Assembly (NCBI GenBank): GCA_034430615.1
Contig: DAOUEJ010000203.1
Coordinates: forward strand, 1,575 to 65,574
DNA length: 64,000 nt
Source of the DNA: Anaerolineales bacterium
Lineage (GTDB): Bacteria > Chloroflexota > Anaerolineae > Anaerolineales > E44-bin32
Direction: 5' to 3'
In this document: in pieces, positions 1 to 8,685 of the stretch
How the letters are laid out: each line of letters begins with the position of its first letter
Numbering within the stretch: position 1 is the stretch's first letter
Translations under genes and position numbers: made by a program
The notes under the pieces: generated by a model
What the model was told of the DNA's origin: nothing
Database searches by the model: none
What the model saw: only the letters and a program-made list of their open reading frames with translations

Positions 1-81
1 TTGATTGCCGTTTAACAGAGCTCGCCCAGTGGCGCGGTGATCACGCCCCCACCCGAATGATTATCAAACAATCGCACAACT

Positions 82-109
82 GTAGGGGCGCACGGCCGTG
101 CGCCCCTAC
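82..109. repeat. perfect 28-nt GC-rich palindrome GTAGGGGCGCACGGCCGTGCGCCCCTAC (stem-loop / REP-like element)
   Basis: Read directly: 12-nt arms GTAGGGGCGCAC / GTGCGCCCCTAC around a GGCC centre. It lies in non-coding DNA about 90 nt upstream of the first CDS. No second copy was seen in this window. Confidence 0.8.
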
Positions 110-199
110 GGGAATTTATCTTTCCCACGTCAGGATGGTGATCAAAAACCCTCTGTAGTAGAGTCATCCCGACATCAAACTATTTATTGAGGCAACCTG

Positions 200-1336
200 A
201 TGAAGGACTTGTTCCTGCTCGATCCCAATGTGATCTACCTTAACCACGGCTCCTTCGGCGCTTGCCCGTTGCCTGTCTTCGAAGCCTATCAACGCTGGCA
301 GTTGGAGCTGGAACGCCAACCAGTGGCCTTTCTTGGCCGGCGCGCGCGGGAGTTAATGGCCACTGCCCGGCGCTCACTGGCCGGTTACCTCGGCTGCGCT
401 GCGGATAATCTGGTCTACTTCCCCAACCCAACCACGGCGATCAACATGGTCGCCCGTAGCCTGGGCCTGAAGCAGGGGGATGAAATCCTTACCAGCGATC
501 ATGAGTACGGCGCCATGGACCGCACCTGGCGTTTTATCTGTCAGAAACGGGGAGCGACCTACCTCCGGCAGGCGATATCCATCCCGCTCGGCGAGCCGGG
601 TAAGATCGTTAGCCAGTTGTGGGCCGGCGTAAACGATCGCACGCGGGTGATCTTCCTCAGCCACATCACCAGCCCGACTGCATTACGTTTCCCGGTCGAG
701 GCTGTCTGTGAGCGGGCCCGCCAGGAAGGCATTCTCACTATCATCGACGGGGCGCACGCGCCTGGCCAGCTTGATCTGAACCTGGAGCAGATCGGGGCAG
801 ATATATACACAGGTGCGTGCCACAAGTGGCTCTGTGCACCGAAGGGTTCAGCTTTCCTGTATGCGCGCCCAGAGGTGCAGGCAAACCTCGAGCCGCTGGT
901 CGTCAGCTGGGGTTGGGAACCAGAGACCCCTGGTCCATCGCCATTCATCGATCAGCACGAGTGGCAGGGAACACGCGATATTGCTGCTTATCTCAGTACA
1001 CCCTCTGCGATTGCATTCCAGAAGCTGAACGACTGGCCGGTTGTCCGGCGGCGCTGCAACCAGATGGCGCAGGATCTCCAAGCGCGCCTATGTGCGGAAT
1101 TTGACATGCAGAAGTTGAACCCGGCCGGTGTACCGGCGCCGATGCAGATGTTCAGCGTGCAGCTCCCCGAAGTGGATCCTGAAGAACTGCAGCGGTCTCT
1201 ATTGGATGAATACAATATCGAGGTCGTCGCCTTGAGTTGGAAGAATCGGCCGCTGCTGCGGGTTTCACTGCAGGCATACAACGACGATGCCGATACCGAG
1301 GCGTTGATCAGCGCCCTTCACGAACTGCTTCACTGA
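200..1336 (+). CDS. class V PLP-dependent aminotransferase (cysteine desulfurase / isopenicillin-N epimerase-like)
   Basis: 378-aa ORF with GAGG 7 nt upstream of the ATG. Motifs: LNHGSFG at the N-terminus, SHITSPTA, IIDGAHAPG, and the PLP-lysine context GACHKWLCAPKGSAFLY. Confidence 0.85.
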   Translation: MKDLFLLDPNVIYLNHGSFGACPLPVFEAYQRWQLELERQPVAFLGRRARELMATARRSLAGYLGCAADNLVYFPNPTTAINMVARSLGLKQGDEILTSDHEYGAMDRTWRFICQKRGATYLRQAISIPLGEPGKIVSQLWAGVNDRTRVIFLSHITSPTALRFPVEAVCERARQEGILTIIDGAHAPGQLDLNLEQIGADIYTGACHKWLCAPKGSAFLYARPEVQANLEPLVVSWGWEPETPGPSPFIDQHEWQGTRDIAAYLSTPSAIAFQKLNDWPVVRRRCNQMAQDLQARLCAEFDMQKLNPAGVPAPMQMFSVQLPEVDPEELQRSLLDEYNIEVVALSWKNRPLLRVSLQAYNDDADTEALISALHELLH

Positions 1337-1382
1337 GTTCACGAGCTTGACGCCGGCACGCTCTACCACCAGAATTACCTTC

Positions 1383-1919
1383 ATGCGAAGGCGCAAGATC
1401 GATTGGACGACCGTCTTCCTCTCACTTGTGGCGCTTGGCCTTGCGGTAGTCGCCTGGGTACGCGGCGGTTCTGCTTTGGCACTCACCGGACTAAAATCGG
1501 GCGGCGAGACGCTGCTCAGCGTGACTCCACTGCTGCTGGCAGCCTTCCTGATCGCGGGCCTGACTCAAGTGCTTGTCTCGCGCCAGATGGTCGAGCGCTG
1601 GCTAAGCACCAGCGCGGGTTGGCGTGGCATCCTACTGGCGTGTGTCGGCGGAGCACTGATCCCCGGCGGGCCGTATGTGTATTACCCGATCGCTGGAAGC
1701 CTACTTAAATCGGGCGCCGGGCTGGGCGTACTGATCGCCTTTGTGTCGGCCAAGAACCTGTGGTCGGTCACCCGCCTGCCCTACGAATTTGCCTTACTGG
1801 GCCCGAAGCTCACACTGCTGCGCTTCAGCTTCACCTTCATCATCCCCCCGCTGCTCGGCTTTGGTGCGGAAGCGCTCTTCGGGCGTCTGATCGACCGCAT
1901 ACGGGAAACCGCACCATGA
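1383..1919 (+). CDS. permease half-protein 1 (polytopic membrane protein, DUF318/ArsP-like permease repeat)
   Basis: Hydrophobic ORF. An ATG at 1383 is preferred over the TTG at 1347. Carries the motif PGGPYVYYPIAGSLLKSGAGLG, which is shared with the next ORF. Confidence 0.7.
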   Translation: MRRRKIDWTTVFLSLVALGLAVVAWVRGGSALALTGLKSGGETLLSVTPLLLAAFLIAGLTQVLVSRQMVERWLSTSAGWRGILLACVGGALIPGGPYVYYPIAGSLLKSGAGLGVLIAFVSAKNLWSVTRLPYEFALLGPKLTLLRFSFTFIIPPLLGFGAEALFGRLIDRIRETAP

Positions 1920-2404
1920 CCTCGGCCACGTTGATTTTGATCGTACTCGCCCTGGCTCTCCTGTCCTTCGCCTACCGCCGGCAGGATGGCAGCCACCGGC
2001 GGGCCTTTGTCATCGGCTGGTCCACAATGCGCCGCACGCTGCCGCTGTTGATCGTAGCCTTCATCATCGTCGGGTACGTCAACGCACTTGAACCACAGGC
2101 ACTGGTGCGCTCGTGGATCGGACCCGGCACCGGGCTGAAAGGGGTCTTCATCGGGATAGCCGCCGGCTTGCTCCTCCCGGGCGGCCCGTATGTTGTTTTC
2201 CCGCTGATCGGCTCTATCTACCGCTCTGGGGCCGGCCTTGGACCTACCCTGGCGATGATCACATCCTGGTCCACGCTAGCGCTACTCTCGGTCTCATTTG
2301 AGCTCCCCTTCATGGGCTGGCGATTCAGCTTGCTTCGGCTGAGCCTTGGCTTGGGCATGCCGATCCTGATTGGCCTGTTGGCTTCCGCCCTCCCCAGTGC
2401 GTGA
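1916..2404 (+). CDS. permease half-protein 2, homologous to the preceding ORF
   Basis: The ATG at 1916 overlaps the upstream TGA (ATGA). Motif PGGPYVVFPLIGSIYRSGAGLG sits at the equivalent position. The long 5' extension of ORF 1760..2404 overlaps the upstream gene and was discarded. Confidence 0.7.
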   Translation: MTSATLILIVLALALLSFAYRRQDGSHRRAFVIGWSTMRRTLPLLIVAFIIVGYVNALEPQALVRSWIGPGTGLKGVFIGIAAGLLLPGGPYVVFPLIGSIYRSGAGLGPTLAMITSWSTLALLSVSFELPFMGWRFSLLRLSLGLGMPILIGLLASALPSA

Positions 2405-2548
2405 ATTCATACTTCTCTAATCGATTTCTAACCTCAACGCGATAGATTCCATCACGGTGTAGGATGCGGTCTGTCTGTAATTGACCGTAAACTCCCCTGC
2501 CCGGTCAAACTTGGCGCCTTTCGAGGGGCGCAAGTGGAGGTTTATTCG

Positions 2549-3775
2549 ATGGTGCACAAACGATCAACCCTGGTGGGCTTAGCGATCAGCGGCCTGCTCA
2601 TTGCCGTAATGCTGGGCGCCTGCGCACCCGCAGTCCCCGGCACCGCAGAAGCAGTAACCCAGCCCCAAACCGCGATCGTGTCGGTCAATACCGTCAGCGA
2701 TCTCGATGCATTGCTCGCCAATCTATACGACGAGGTCAACCCTTCCGTCGTGAACATCCAGGTTCGTCAGCGAGGCGGGGCATTGTTCCAGCAAATGCCA
2801 AGCATACCCGGTATGCCAGATTTTCCGCTTCCCACGCCCGAATCGCCTGATAGCGGGTTTGTCTTTGCCCAGGGCTCGGGCTTTGTCTACGATACTCAGG
2901 GATATATCGTCACCAACTACCACGTCGTTGAAGGCGCCGACAAGGTGACGGTCGTGTTCGCCGATGGCCTGAGCCAATCGGCTGAGATCGTCGGCACTGA
3001 TCCCGACAGCGATCTAGCCGTGATCAAGGTCGCTTCGCTGCCGGAGGGGGTTCAAGCCCTGCCGCTCGCCGATTCGAGCCAGCTGCGCGTGGGCCAATCT
3101 GTCGTGGCGATCGGCAACCCATTTGGGCTGGCGGGCACGATGACGACCGGCATCGTCAGCGCGCTCGGACGCACGCTGCCCTCACAGTCAGTCACCACAA
3201 ACGGGGGACGCTTCAACATCCCCAACGTGATCCAAACTGACGCTGCCATCAATCCCGGCAACTCCGGCGGGCCGCTGCTCAATTTGCGGGGCGAGGTGAT
3301 CGGCGTCAATACGGCGATCGAATCGAACATAAGCCAGTTCTCCGGTGTCGGTTTCGCCGTTCCGGCCGACAACGTTGCCCGGGTGATCCCGGTTCTCATC
3401 ACCGAAGGCAACTACGCTCACCCCTGGTTGGGTATTGCCGGTACCAACCTCACGCCCGAACTGCGTGATGCGATGACCCTTGCTCCTGATCAGACAGGCA
3501 TACTCGTCATCAGCATTGACGAGAACGGACCCGCCCAGGCAGCTGGGCTGCAGGGCAGCGACGAGAATACAGAGATCGACGGCGCTCCGGTCCAAATCGG
3601 TGGCGACTTGATCGTCGGGATTGATAAAGTAGAGGTGCGCGACTTCGATGACCTGCTTGCGTACTTGAGCGGAGAGACATCCGTAGGCCAGCAGGTCACA
3701 CTGCATTTGCTGCGTGACTTGAACCCGCTCGATCTCGAGGTTACGCTGGGCTCGCGGCCGATTTCACAGGGGTAA
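2549..3775 (+). CDS. htrA: HtrA/DegP-family periplasmic serine protease with C-terminal PDZ domain
   Basis: Catalytic-triad contexts TNYHVV, DSDLAVIK and GNSGGPLLN. N-terminal signal anchor and a PDZ-like C-terminus. GGAGG lies 8 nt upstream of the ATG at 2549. Confidence 0.9.
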   Translation: MVHKRSTLVGLAISGLLIAVMLGACAPAVPGTAEAVTQPQTAIVSVNTVSDLDALLANLYDEVNPSVVNIQVRQRGGALFQQMPSIPGMPDFPLPTPESPDSGFVFAQGSGFVYDTQGYIVTNYHVVEGADKVTVVFADGLSQSAEIVGTDPDSDLAVIKVASLPEGVQALPLADSSQLRVGQSVVAIGNPFGLAGTMTTGIVSALGRTLPSQSVTTNGGRFNIPNVIQTDAAINPGNSGGPLLNLRGEVIGVNTAIESNISQFSGVGFAVPADNVARVIPVLITEGNYAHPWLGIAGTNLTPELRDAMTLAPDQTGILVISIDENGPAQAAGLQGSDENTEIDGAPVQIGGDLIVGIDKVEVRDFDDLLAYLSGETSVGQQVTLHLLRDLNPLDLEVTLGSRPISQG

Positions 3776-3800
3776 CAACCAGGTAGCCAAGATTTAATGT

Positions 3801-3835
3801 AAAAACGCGGCCCGGATCCAGGCCGCGTTTTTATT
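3801..3835. terminator. bidirectional intrinsic terminator between convergent genes
   Basis: AAAAACGCGGCC-CGGATCCA-GGCCGCGTTTTTATT: a 9-bp GC-rich stem flanked by an A-run and a T-run. Confidence 0.75.
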
Positions 3836-3874
3836 GTCGTACCCCAAACGGGTTTCGATTTTCGTTACCTCGAG

Positions 3875-4597
3875 TTACACAGCCGCAACCTCTGGCTGGG
3901 CTGTTTTCTCCTCGATCGGTGTTGTCGCCCGGATAAACCCGACGAACATCAGGATCGCACCAAACAACTCGCTTATGTAGAGGGCACCGCTGATGCCCAT
4001 GCGGCTGAACGCACCACCAAAGGCCGGCAGCATCGCCCCGGCCGCGATCAGGATATTGCCCAGGGTGCGGTGCAGCAGCACCCTTTTCCGCCAGAAGATC
4101 CAGGCGGAGTAGACTGCTCCACCCACGAGCATGACGGTGCCATACAGGTTGAAGATCGGCGTCAGGCCGCGTACTCCGGGAGTGATGATCGCGTGCCCGC
4201 TCATCTCGCTCCCCGTGTGCAGGCTACTGGTCATCAGCCCGGGATCCAGCTCGGCGCCAAAAACCCTGATCAGCCCATAAATCGATCCGATGGATAAAAG
4301 CAGCATGAACCCATTGGCCCAACTCCGTCGGGCCAGCAAGTACACCGTCCCCTGTCCCAGCCAGGCCGCCACCAGTATGGCACCGAACAGGTACCACAAA
4401 CGGAAGACCAATGGGTTCCAGCCGAAGGCGCCGTAGTAGCCCTCGCTGAAACCACCGATGGCATAGAAAACCATCCCGATCCCCCACAGGAGCAGGTGCG
4501 GCTTCCTGCTTTTTGCATAACGGCGGAAGACGAAGACGGCGAAGACGATGCTGATTGCGCTCGACAAGAACGGCACGAAAGTATTCAGTAGCGTCAT
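3875..4597 (-). CDS. polytopic membrane protein, function unknown
   Basis: 240-aa ORF with about 7 hydrophobic segments. GGAGGAA sits just upstream of the ATG. Confidence 0.7.
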   Translation of the reverse strand: MTLLNTFVPFLSSAISIVFAVFVFRRYAKSRKPHLLLWGIGMVFYAIGGFSEGYYGAFGWNPLVFRLWYLFGAILVAAWLGQGTVYLLARRSWANGFMLLLSIGSIYGLIRVFGAELDPGLMTSSLHTGSEMSGHAIITPGVRGLTPIFNLYGTVMLVGGAVYSAWIFWRKRVLLHRTLGNILIAAGAMLPAFGGAFSRMGISGALYISELFGAILMFVGFIRATTPIEEKTAQPEVAAV

Positions 4598-4643
4598 ACA
4601 AGTTCCTCCAGAGATGCTTGACTGTACCTAAGCGCGGGCAGGC

Positions 4644-4847
4644 TCAACCCGCACTGGGCAGCCAGCCCAGGACAACCGCAAAAATAATCAAAACGAGTAG
4701 CACGACGCCCCCCCCCAGGATCCACAGGATGACCGGGATGATCTTCTCCCAGACCGGGGGGTATTCGCGGCCGTTGCCGGTTTGCTTGCCCTGGTTACTC
4801 ACGACGGCGATTATAAGCCTCCTTCGAGGGTCACGGCGTCCGCTCAT
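4644..4847 (-). CDS. possible small single-pass membrane protein
   Basis: Short ORF directly upstream of, and co-directional with, 3875..4597. It has a basic N-terminus followed by one strong TM segment (IIPVILWILGGGVVLLVLIIFAVVLGWL). No clear RBS. It contains a G9 run on the coding strand. Confidence 0.3.
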   Translation of the reverse strand: MSGRRDPRRRLIIAVVSNQGKQTGNGREYPPVWEKIIPVILWILGGGVVLLVLIIFAVVLGWLPSAG

Positions 4848-5040
4848 GGCAAGCGCTCTAATTCGGACCATCTGACCAAGCGCGGCGTGGCCTGTTGTGG
4901 CATTACCACGATGGTTGACCCCCTTGAGAGGAAACTTAGCGCTGGATTAAGATTCGCTGAGAGTTTAGACGGGTTCTGGTTCAAGCCCTGGGTGCGCAGA
5001 TGCCTCCCGGTCCCGCATGCCGCACAAAATAGAACTGGCG

Positions 5041-6264
5041 CTAGTCACCCTGCCAGACACGCGTTTCGGGCACAAAAGCAACCCACGCAAACCAGAAATG
5101 CTCTCCGGCCGGCAGGCGCATGAGGGATTTGCCCGCCAGCGGACCCTGCTCAGCTTCCCCGAGGATGTTCCAGGTAGAGCCGGTTTCCCGGTCCTGGAAG
5201 ACGTCAATGCTAATAATGAAGTTCAGAATCCGGCCATCGACGAGGCGCGAGAATGCTCCCGACGAACCCGTATCGGGCCCATTATTGCCAAATGTCGATA
5301 CGGTTCCCTCTTTCCAGAAGATGACCACCGGCTTGCCTGCAACTTCATCGTTGACGACCTGCAGCTCATTTAGCCTGCTGAACGGGTACGCGCTGTAGGT
5401 GCCGTCCAGTTCAAACGCCACCACGCGCTCCATGGGGGCCAGGCGTTCGTCGCCGATCTCCGCCGGGAAGAATGGACTGCTTGTGATGCTGTCGTAGCCC
5501 GGGTACGGATTGCGGCCGTAGTCGCGGGCGTGCCCGGTCTTGCGCGAGAGTACTTCTCCATCGGGGTGCGCTGCTTTGAAATCCGACCAGGCAATGATCT
5601 GGGAGGGGAGGATCTCGAGCATCATGCCGGTCAGTTCCCCGACGATCGCTTCGCCGGTGAATTGCTGCCACCAGGAGAAGGTCTGGCGGTCGTACATCAC
5701 CAAATCCGAGTTGCGTAGGTTGCCGGTGGTGCCGAAGTCCAACACCGTTCCATTGGGGAGCGTGCTACGAAAGGCGAGCGTGGCATTACACAGCGGGCAG
5801 AAGGGGAGCGCCACCGGTTCCCCACCGACGACGTCGTTCACAATCTCGTGCCAGATCAGGATCGCCAGCGGGTAGGCCCGGGCCTTCCCCTGCCACTCGA
5901 AGATCATCACCGGCCAATTCTCTCCGAGCCACGCGTCCGCATCAGAGACGCTCTCAAAAACCGGGGTGTCGATAGCCGGGATGCCGTCCGGGCGCGGGTT
6001 GCCGTTGAAGATTTCACTGTAGGGGAGGCTGTGCTTGCAGAAGTCCGTCCGCCCTTCCCAGAACGACAGCGGGAAATTAAGGCTGCTCCCTTCGAAGGGG
6101 TCGTCGCAACTAGCCTCGACTTCGGTGCTCGACTTTGCTGTGGAGATGGGCGGTTGGACAGGGACGGGTGTTTCATCTGAACCACCGGGCGTGACTGCGG
6201 GCGAGCAAGCGCCGGCAAGCAGCACCATTCCCAAAAGAATCAATATTCTGACTGGTGGCCGCAT
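5041..6264 (-). CDS. DUF3179-family secreted lipoprotein
   Basis: Lipobox LLAGAC. The family-typical stretch DGIPAIDTPVF...ARAYPLAILIWHEIVND...FCPLCN...NSDLVMYDRQT...WQQFTGEAI was recognised from memory of DUF3179 proteins. Confidence 0.8.
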   Translation of the reverse strand: MRPPVRILILLGMVLLAGACSPAVTPGGSDETPVPVQPPISTAKSSTEVEASCDDPFEGSSLNFPLSFWEGRTDFCKHSLPYSEIFNGNPRPDGIPAIDTPVFESVSDADAWLGENWPVMIFEWQGKARAYPLAILIWHEIVNDVVGGEPVALPFCPLCNATLAFRSTLPNGTVLDFGTTGNLRNSDLVMYDRQTFSWWQQFTGEAIVGELTGMMLEILPSQIIAWSDFKAAHPDGEVLSRKTGHARDYGRNPYPGYDSITSSPFFPAEIGDERLAPMERVVAFELDGTYSAYPFSRLNELQVVNDEVAGKPVVIFWKEGTVSTFGNNGPDTGSSGAFSRLVDGRILNFIISIDVFQDRETGSTWNILGEAEQGPLAGKSLMRLPAGEHFWFAWVAFVPETRVWQGD

Positions 6265-6544
6265 GTCGCTTGTCCTTTCCTTATGAACACTGCCGGCCTG
6301 CTCGGGTCATCGTCAGGGCATATGTTGTACTTCTTGCTTGACCACACCGGGTTGAGAGCCAATCTGCATCACGAGCCCACGCCGAATCTGGTCGCCCGGT
6401 TTCGGATGTCTTGCATGTCCTCGGACGCTATCGAAGGGGTACTTCTTACGCGAATCGCGCGGACAGCGATCCCTGATTGGGCATATAAACCAATCTCGGT
6501 GCATACTAGGTATGCATACTGCGCCACTTCACGGAGGCTTGACA

Positions 6545-8158
6545 ATGCGCCGCTGGAACGGATGGGGAGATACCGGGGTTGAATACCCGTTGCCAGCGGG
6601 AGCTCTGGCGTTCCTTACCAAAACATTGGGTGAGGGTAAGGCACCAGTGGACGCCACGATGGACTCGGTGGTTGGGCAGCTTCCGCCCCCGCGCCTCAAA
6701 GCGATCAACGGCGTCAGCACCGATCCTGTCGAACGCCTGCTGCACGCACATGGCCAGAGCCTGCCGGATTGGATCGCGCTGCGCTCCGGCCAAATCGGCC
6801 CAGCACCGGATGGTGTCGCCTATCCAACTAGCACTGAGCAGGTACACCAGCTCCTGGTCTGGGCAATGCATAAAGGGCTGCAGGTGATACCCTACGGCGG
6901 GGGCACAAGCGTCGTCGGGCATATAAACCCGATCGCGGGCGACGCCCCGGTTCTTACCCTCGATCTCACCCGCATGAGCCGCCTGCTGGATCTGGATCAG
7001 ACCAGCCGGCTGGCACGGTTCGAGGTCGGCATCGCCGGGCCTGCACTCGAACTGCAGCTCAGCCACCACGGCTATACACTCGGGCACTTCCCGCAGTCAT
7101 GGGAGTACTCCACACTGGGCGGCTGGATCGCCACCCGCTCCAGCGGTCAGCAGTCCTACCGCTACGGCCGTATCGAAGACCTCTTCGCCGGCGGCTCGCT
7201 GGAGACACCGACCGGGACTCTCATGCTGCCCAACTTCCCGGCCAGCGCCGCCGGACCCGATCTGCGCCAGCTTGTGCTCGGATCTGAAGGCCGGCTAGGG
7301 GTACTGACGGAAGCTACCGTACGCGTTCGCCCTGCCCCTGAACGTGAGCAATTCCTGGGTATTTTCTTCCGCTCCTGGGATGATGGCCTGGCAGCCGCCC
7401 GGACACTCATCCAAGAAGACCTCCCGCTCTCCATGCTGCGCCTGAGCGATGAGCGGGAGACAGAGACAACGCTGGCACTCGCCGGGCATGAGCGGCTGCT
7501 GGGGTTGGGCCGTAAAGCGCTTAAGGCACTTGGGTACGGAGAGCAGCGCACCTTGATGATCCTCGGTTTAAGTGGAAAGGCTGCTGAAATCGGGCAGACT
7601 CGAGCCCGCGCCATGGAAGTGGTGCGCTCCTTTGGAGGTTTAAACACAGGGATCCGGATCGGTGAACAGTGGCGGCGATCACGCTTCAAAACACCCTATC
7701 TGCGCAACACCCTCTGGGAGCTGGGCTACGCCCTCGATACTCTGGAGACTGCACTGTCCTGGAGTGCCTTCGACGCCGCTCGTCGGCAGACGCTAGACTC
7801 CCTCCAACGGGCCTTTGCCGGGCTATCACGTCCGGCGCTGGTCTTCTCCCACCTGTCTCACGTGTACCAGGATGGAGCGAGCTTTTACATCACCTACCTC
7901 TACCCCCGCGGTGATAGTCCTGAGGCAACGCTCGCTGCCTGGCGCAGCGCCAAGGGCGCAGCGAGCGAATCGATACGAGCCTCTGGCGGCACGATCAGCC
8001 ACCAGCACGGCGTAGGGCTGGACCACCGCCCCTACCTCCAGGACGAGAAGGGCAGGCTCGGCCTGAAGATGCTGCGATCACTCGCCGCTAGTCTCGACCC
8101 GGCGGGAATGCTCAATCCTGGAAAGCTGTTTGAAGATCAGCCGTCCGACTCTGGTTAG
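6545..8158 (+). CDS. FAD-linked (PCMH-type) oxidase, alkyl-dihydroxyacetonephosphate synthase-like
   Basis: N-terminal RRWNGWGD motif, IPYGGGTSVVG FAD-binding loop, and a C-terminal HQHGVG...NPGK motif. GGAGG lies 7 nt before the ATG at 6545. Confidence 0.85.
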   Translation: MRRWNGWGDTGVEYPLPAGALAFLTKTLGEGKAPVDATMDSVVGQLPPPRLKAINGVSTDPVERLLHAHGQSLPDWIALRSGQIGPAPDGVAYPTSTEQVHQLLVWAMHKGLQVIPYGGGTSVVGHINPIAGDAPVLTLDLTRMSRLLDLDQTSRLARFEVGIAGPALELQLSHHGYTLGHFPQSWEYSTLGGWIATRSSGQQSYRYGRIEDLFAGGSLETPTGTLMLPNFPASAAGPDLRQLVLGSEGRLGVLTEATVRVRPAPEREQFLGIFFRSWDDGLAAARTLIQEDLPLSMLRLSDERETETTLALAGHERLLGLGRKALKALGYGEQRTLMILGLSGKAAEIGQTRARAMEVVRSFGGLNTGIRIGEQWRRSRFKTPYLRNTLWELGYALDTLETALSWSAFDAARRQTLDSLQRAFAGLSRPALVFSHLSHVYQDGASFYITYLYPRGDSPEATLAAWRSAKGAASESIRASGGTISHQHGVGLDHRPYLQDEKGRLGLKMLRSLAASLDPAGMLNPGKLFEDQPSDSG

Positions 8159-8526
8159 CGTCCGGCCTTGAGCAGGTCGCGGATTTCGGTCAGAAGTTTG
8201 ACGTCTGCTGCTGGCTCCAGTTCCGCTGTCGGCTGTGGCTTTTTCTCAAGGCGTGCCACCGAGCGCACGATCATGAATAACGCGAACGCGATGATGACAA
8301 AGTTGACGATCGCCTGGATGAAATTCCCGTAGGTGATCGTTGCAGCTCCTGCTTGAATCGTCAGCCCGCTGAAGTCAATCCCGCCGATCAGGATCCCGAT
8401 GACCGGCATGAGAAGATCATCGACAAGTGATTTGATGATGGCACCGAAGGCGGCGCCGATGATCACGGCGACCGCCAGATCGATGACGCTGCCGCGCTGG
8501 ATAAAGCTGCGAAATTCCTTGAGCAT
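8155..8526 (-). CDS. mscL: large-conductance mechanosensitive channel
   Basis: 123 aa. N-terminus MLKEFRSFIQRGSVIDLAVAVIIGAAFGAIIKSLVDDLLMPVIG is canonical MscL. Confidence 0.95.
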   Translation of the reverse strand: MLKEFRSFIQRGSVIDLAVAVIIGAAFGAIIKSLVDDLLMPVIGILIGGIDFSGLTIQAGAATITYGNFIQAIVNFVIIAFALFMIVRSVARLEKKPQPTAELEPAADVKLLTEIRDLLKAGR

Positions 8527-8685
8527 GTTGGCCTCCTCATTCCCAGTCGTGTCGAATTTGCCTGATTGTAATCACCTTCCAGCGGCTGATCCAGTTGCCC
8601 TGAGTCCAGGGGATGCTTTGAATCGCTCACTTATTCCTTTCTGCGGCTATTATTAGGAAGGCGAACGGAGGCCTCAACACACGCT

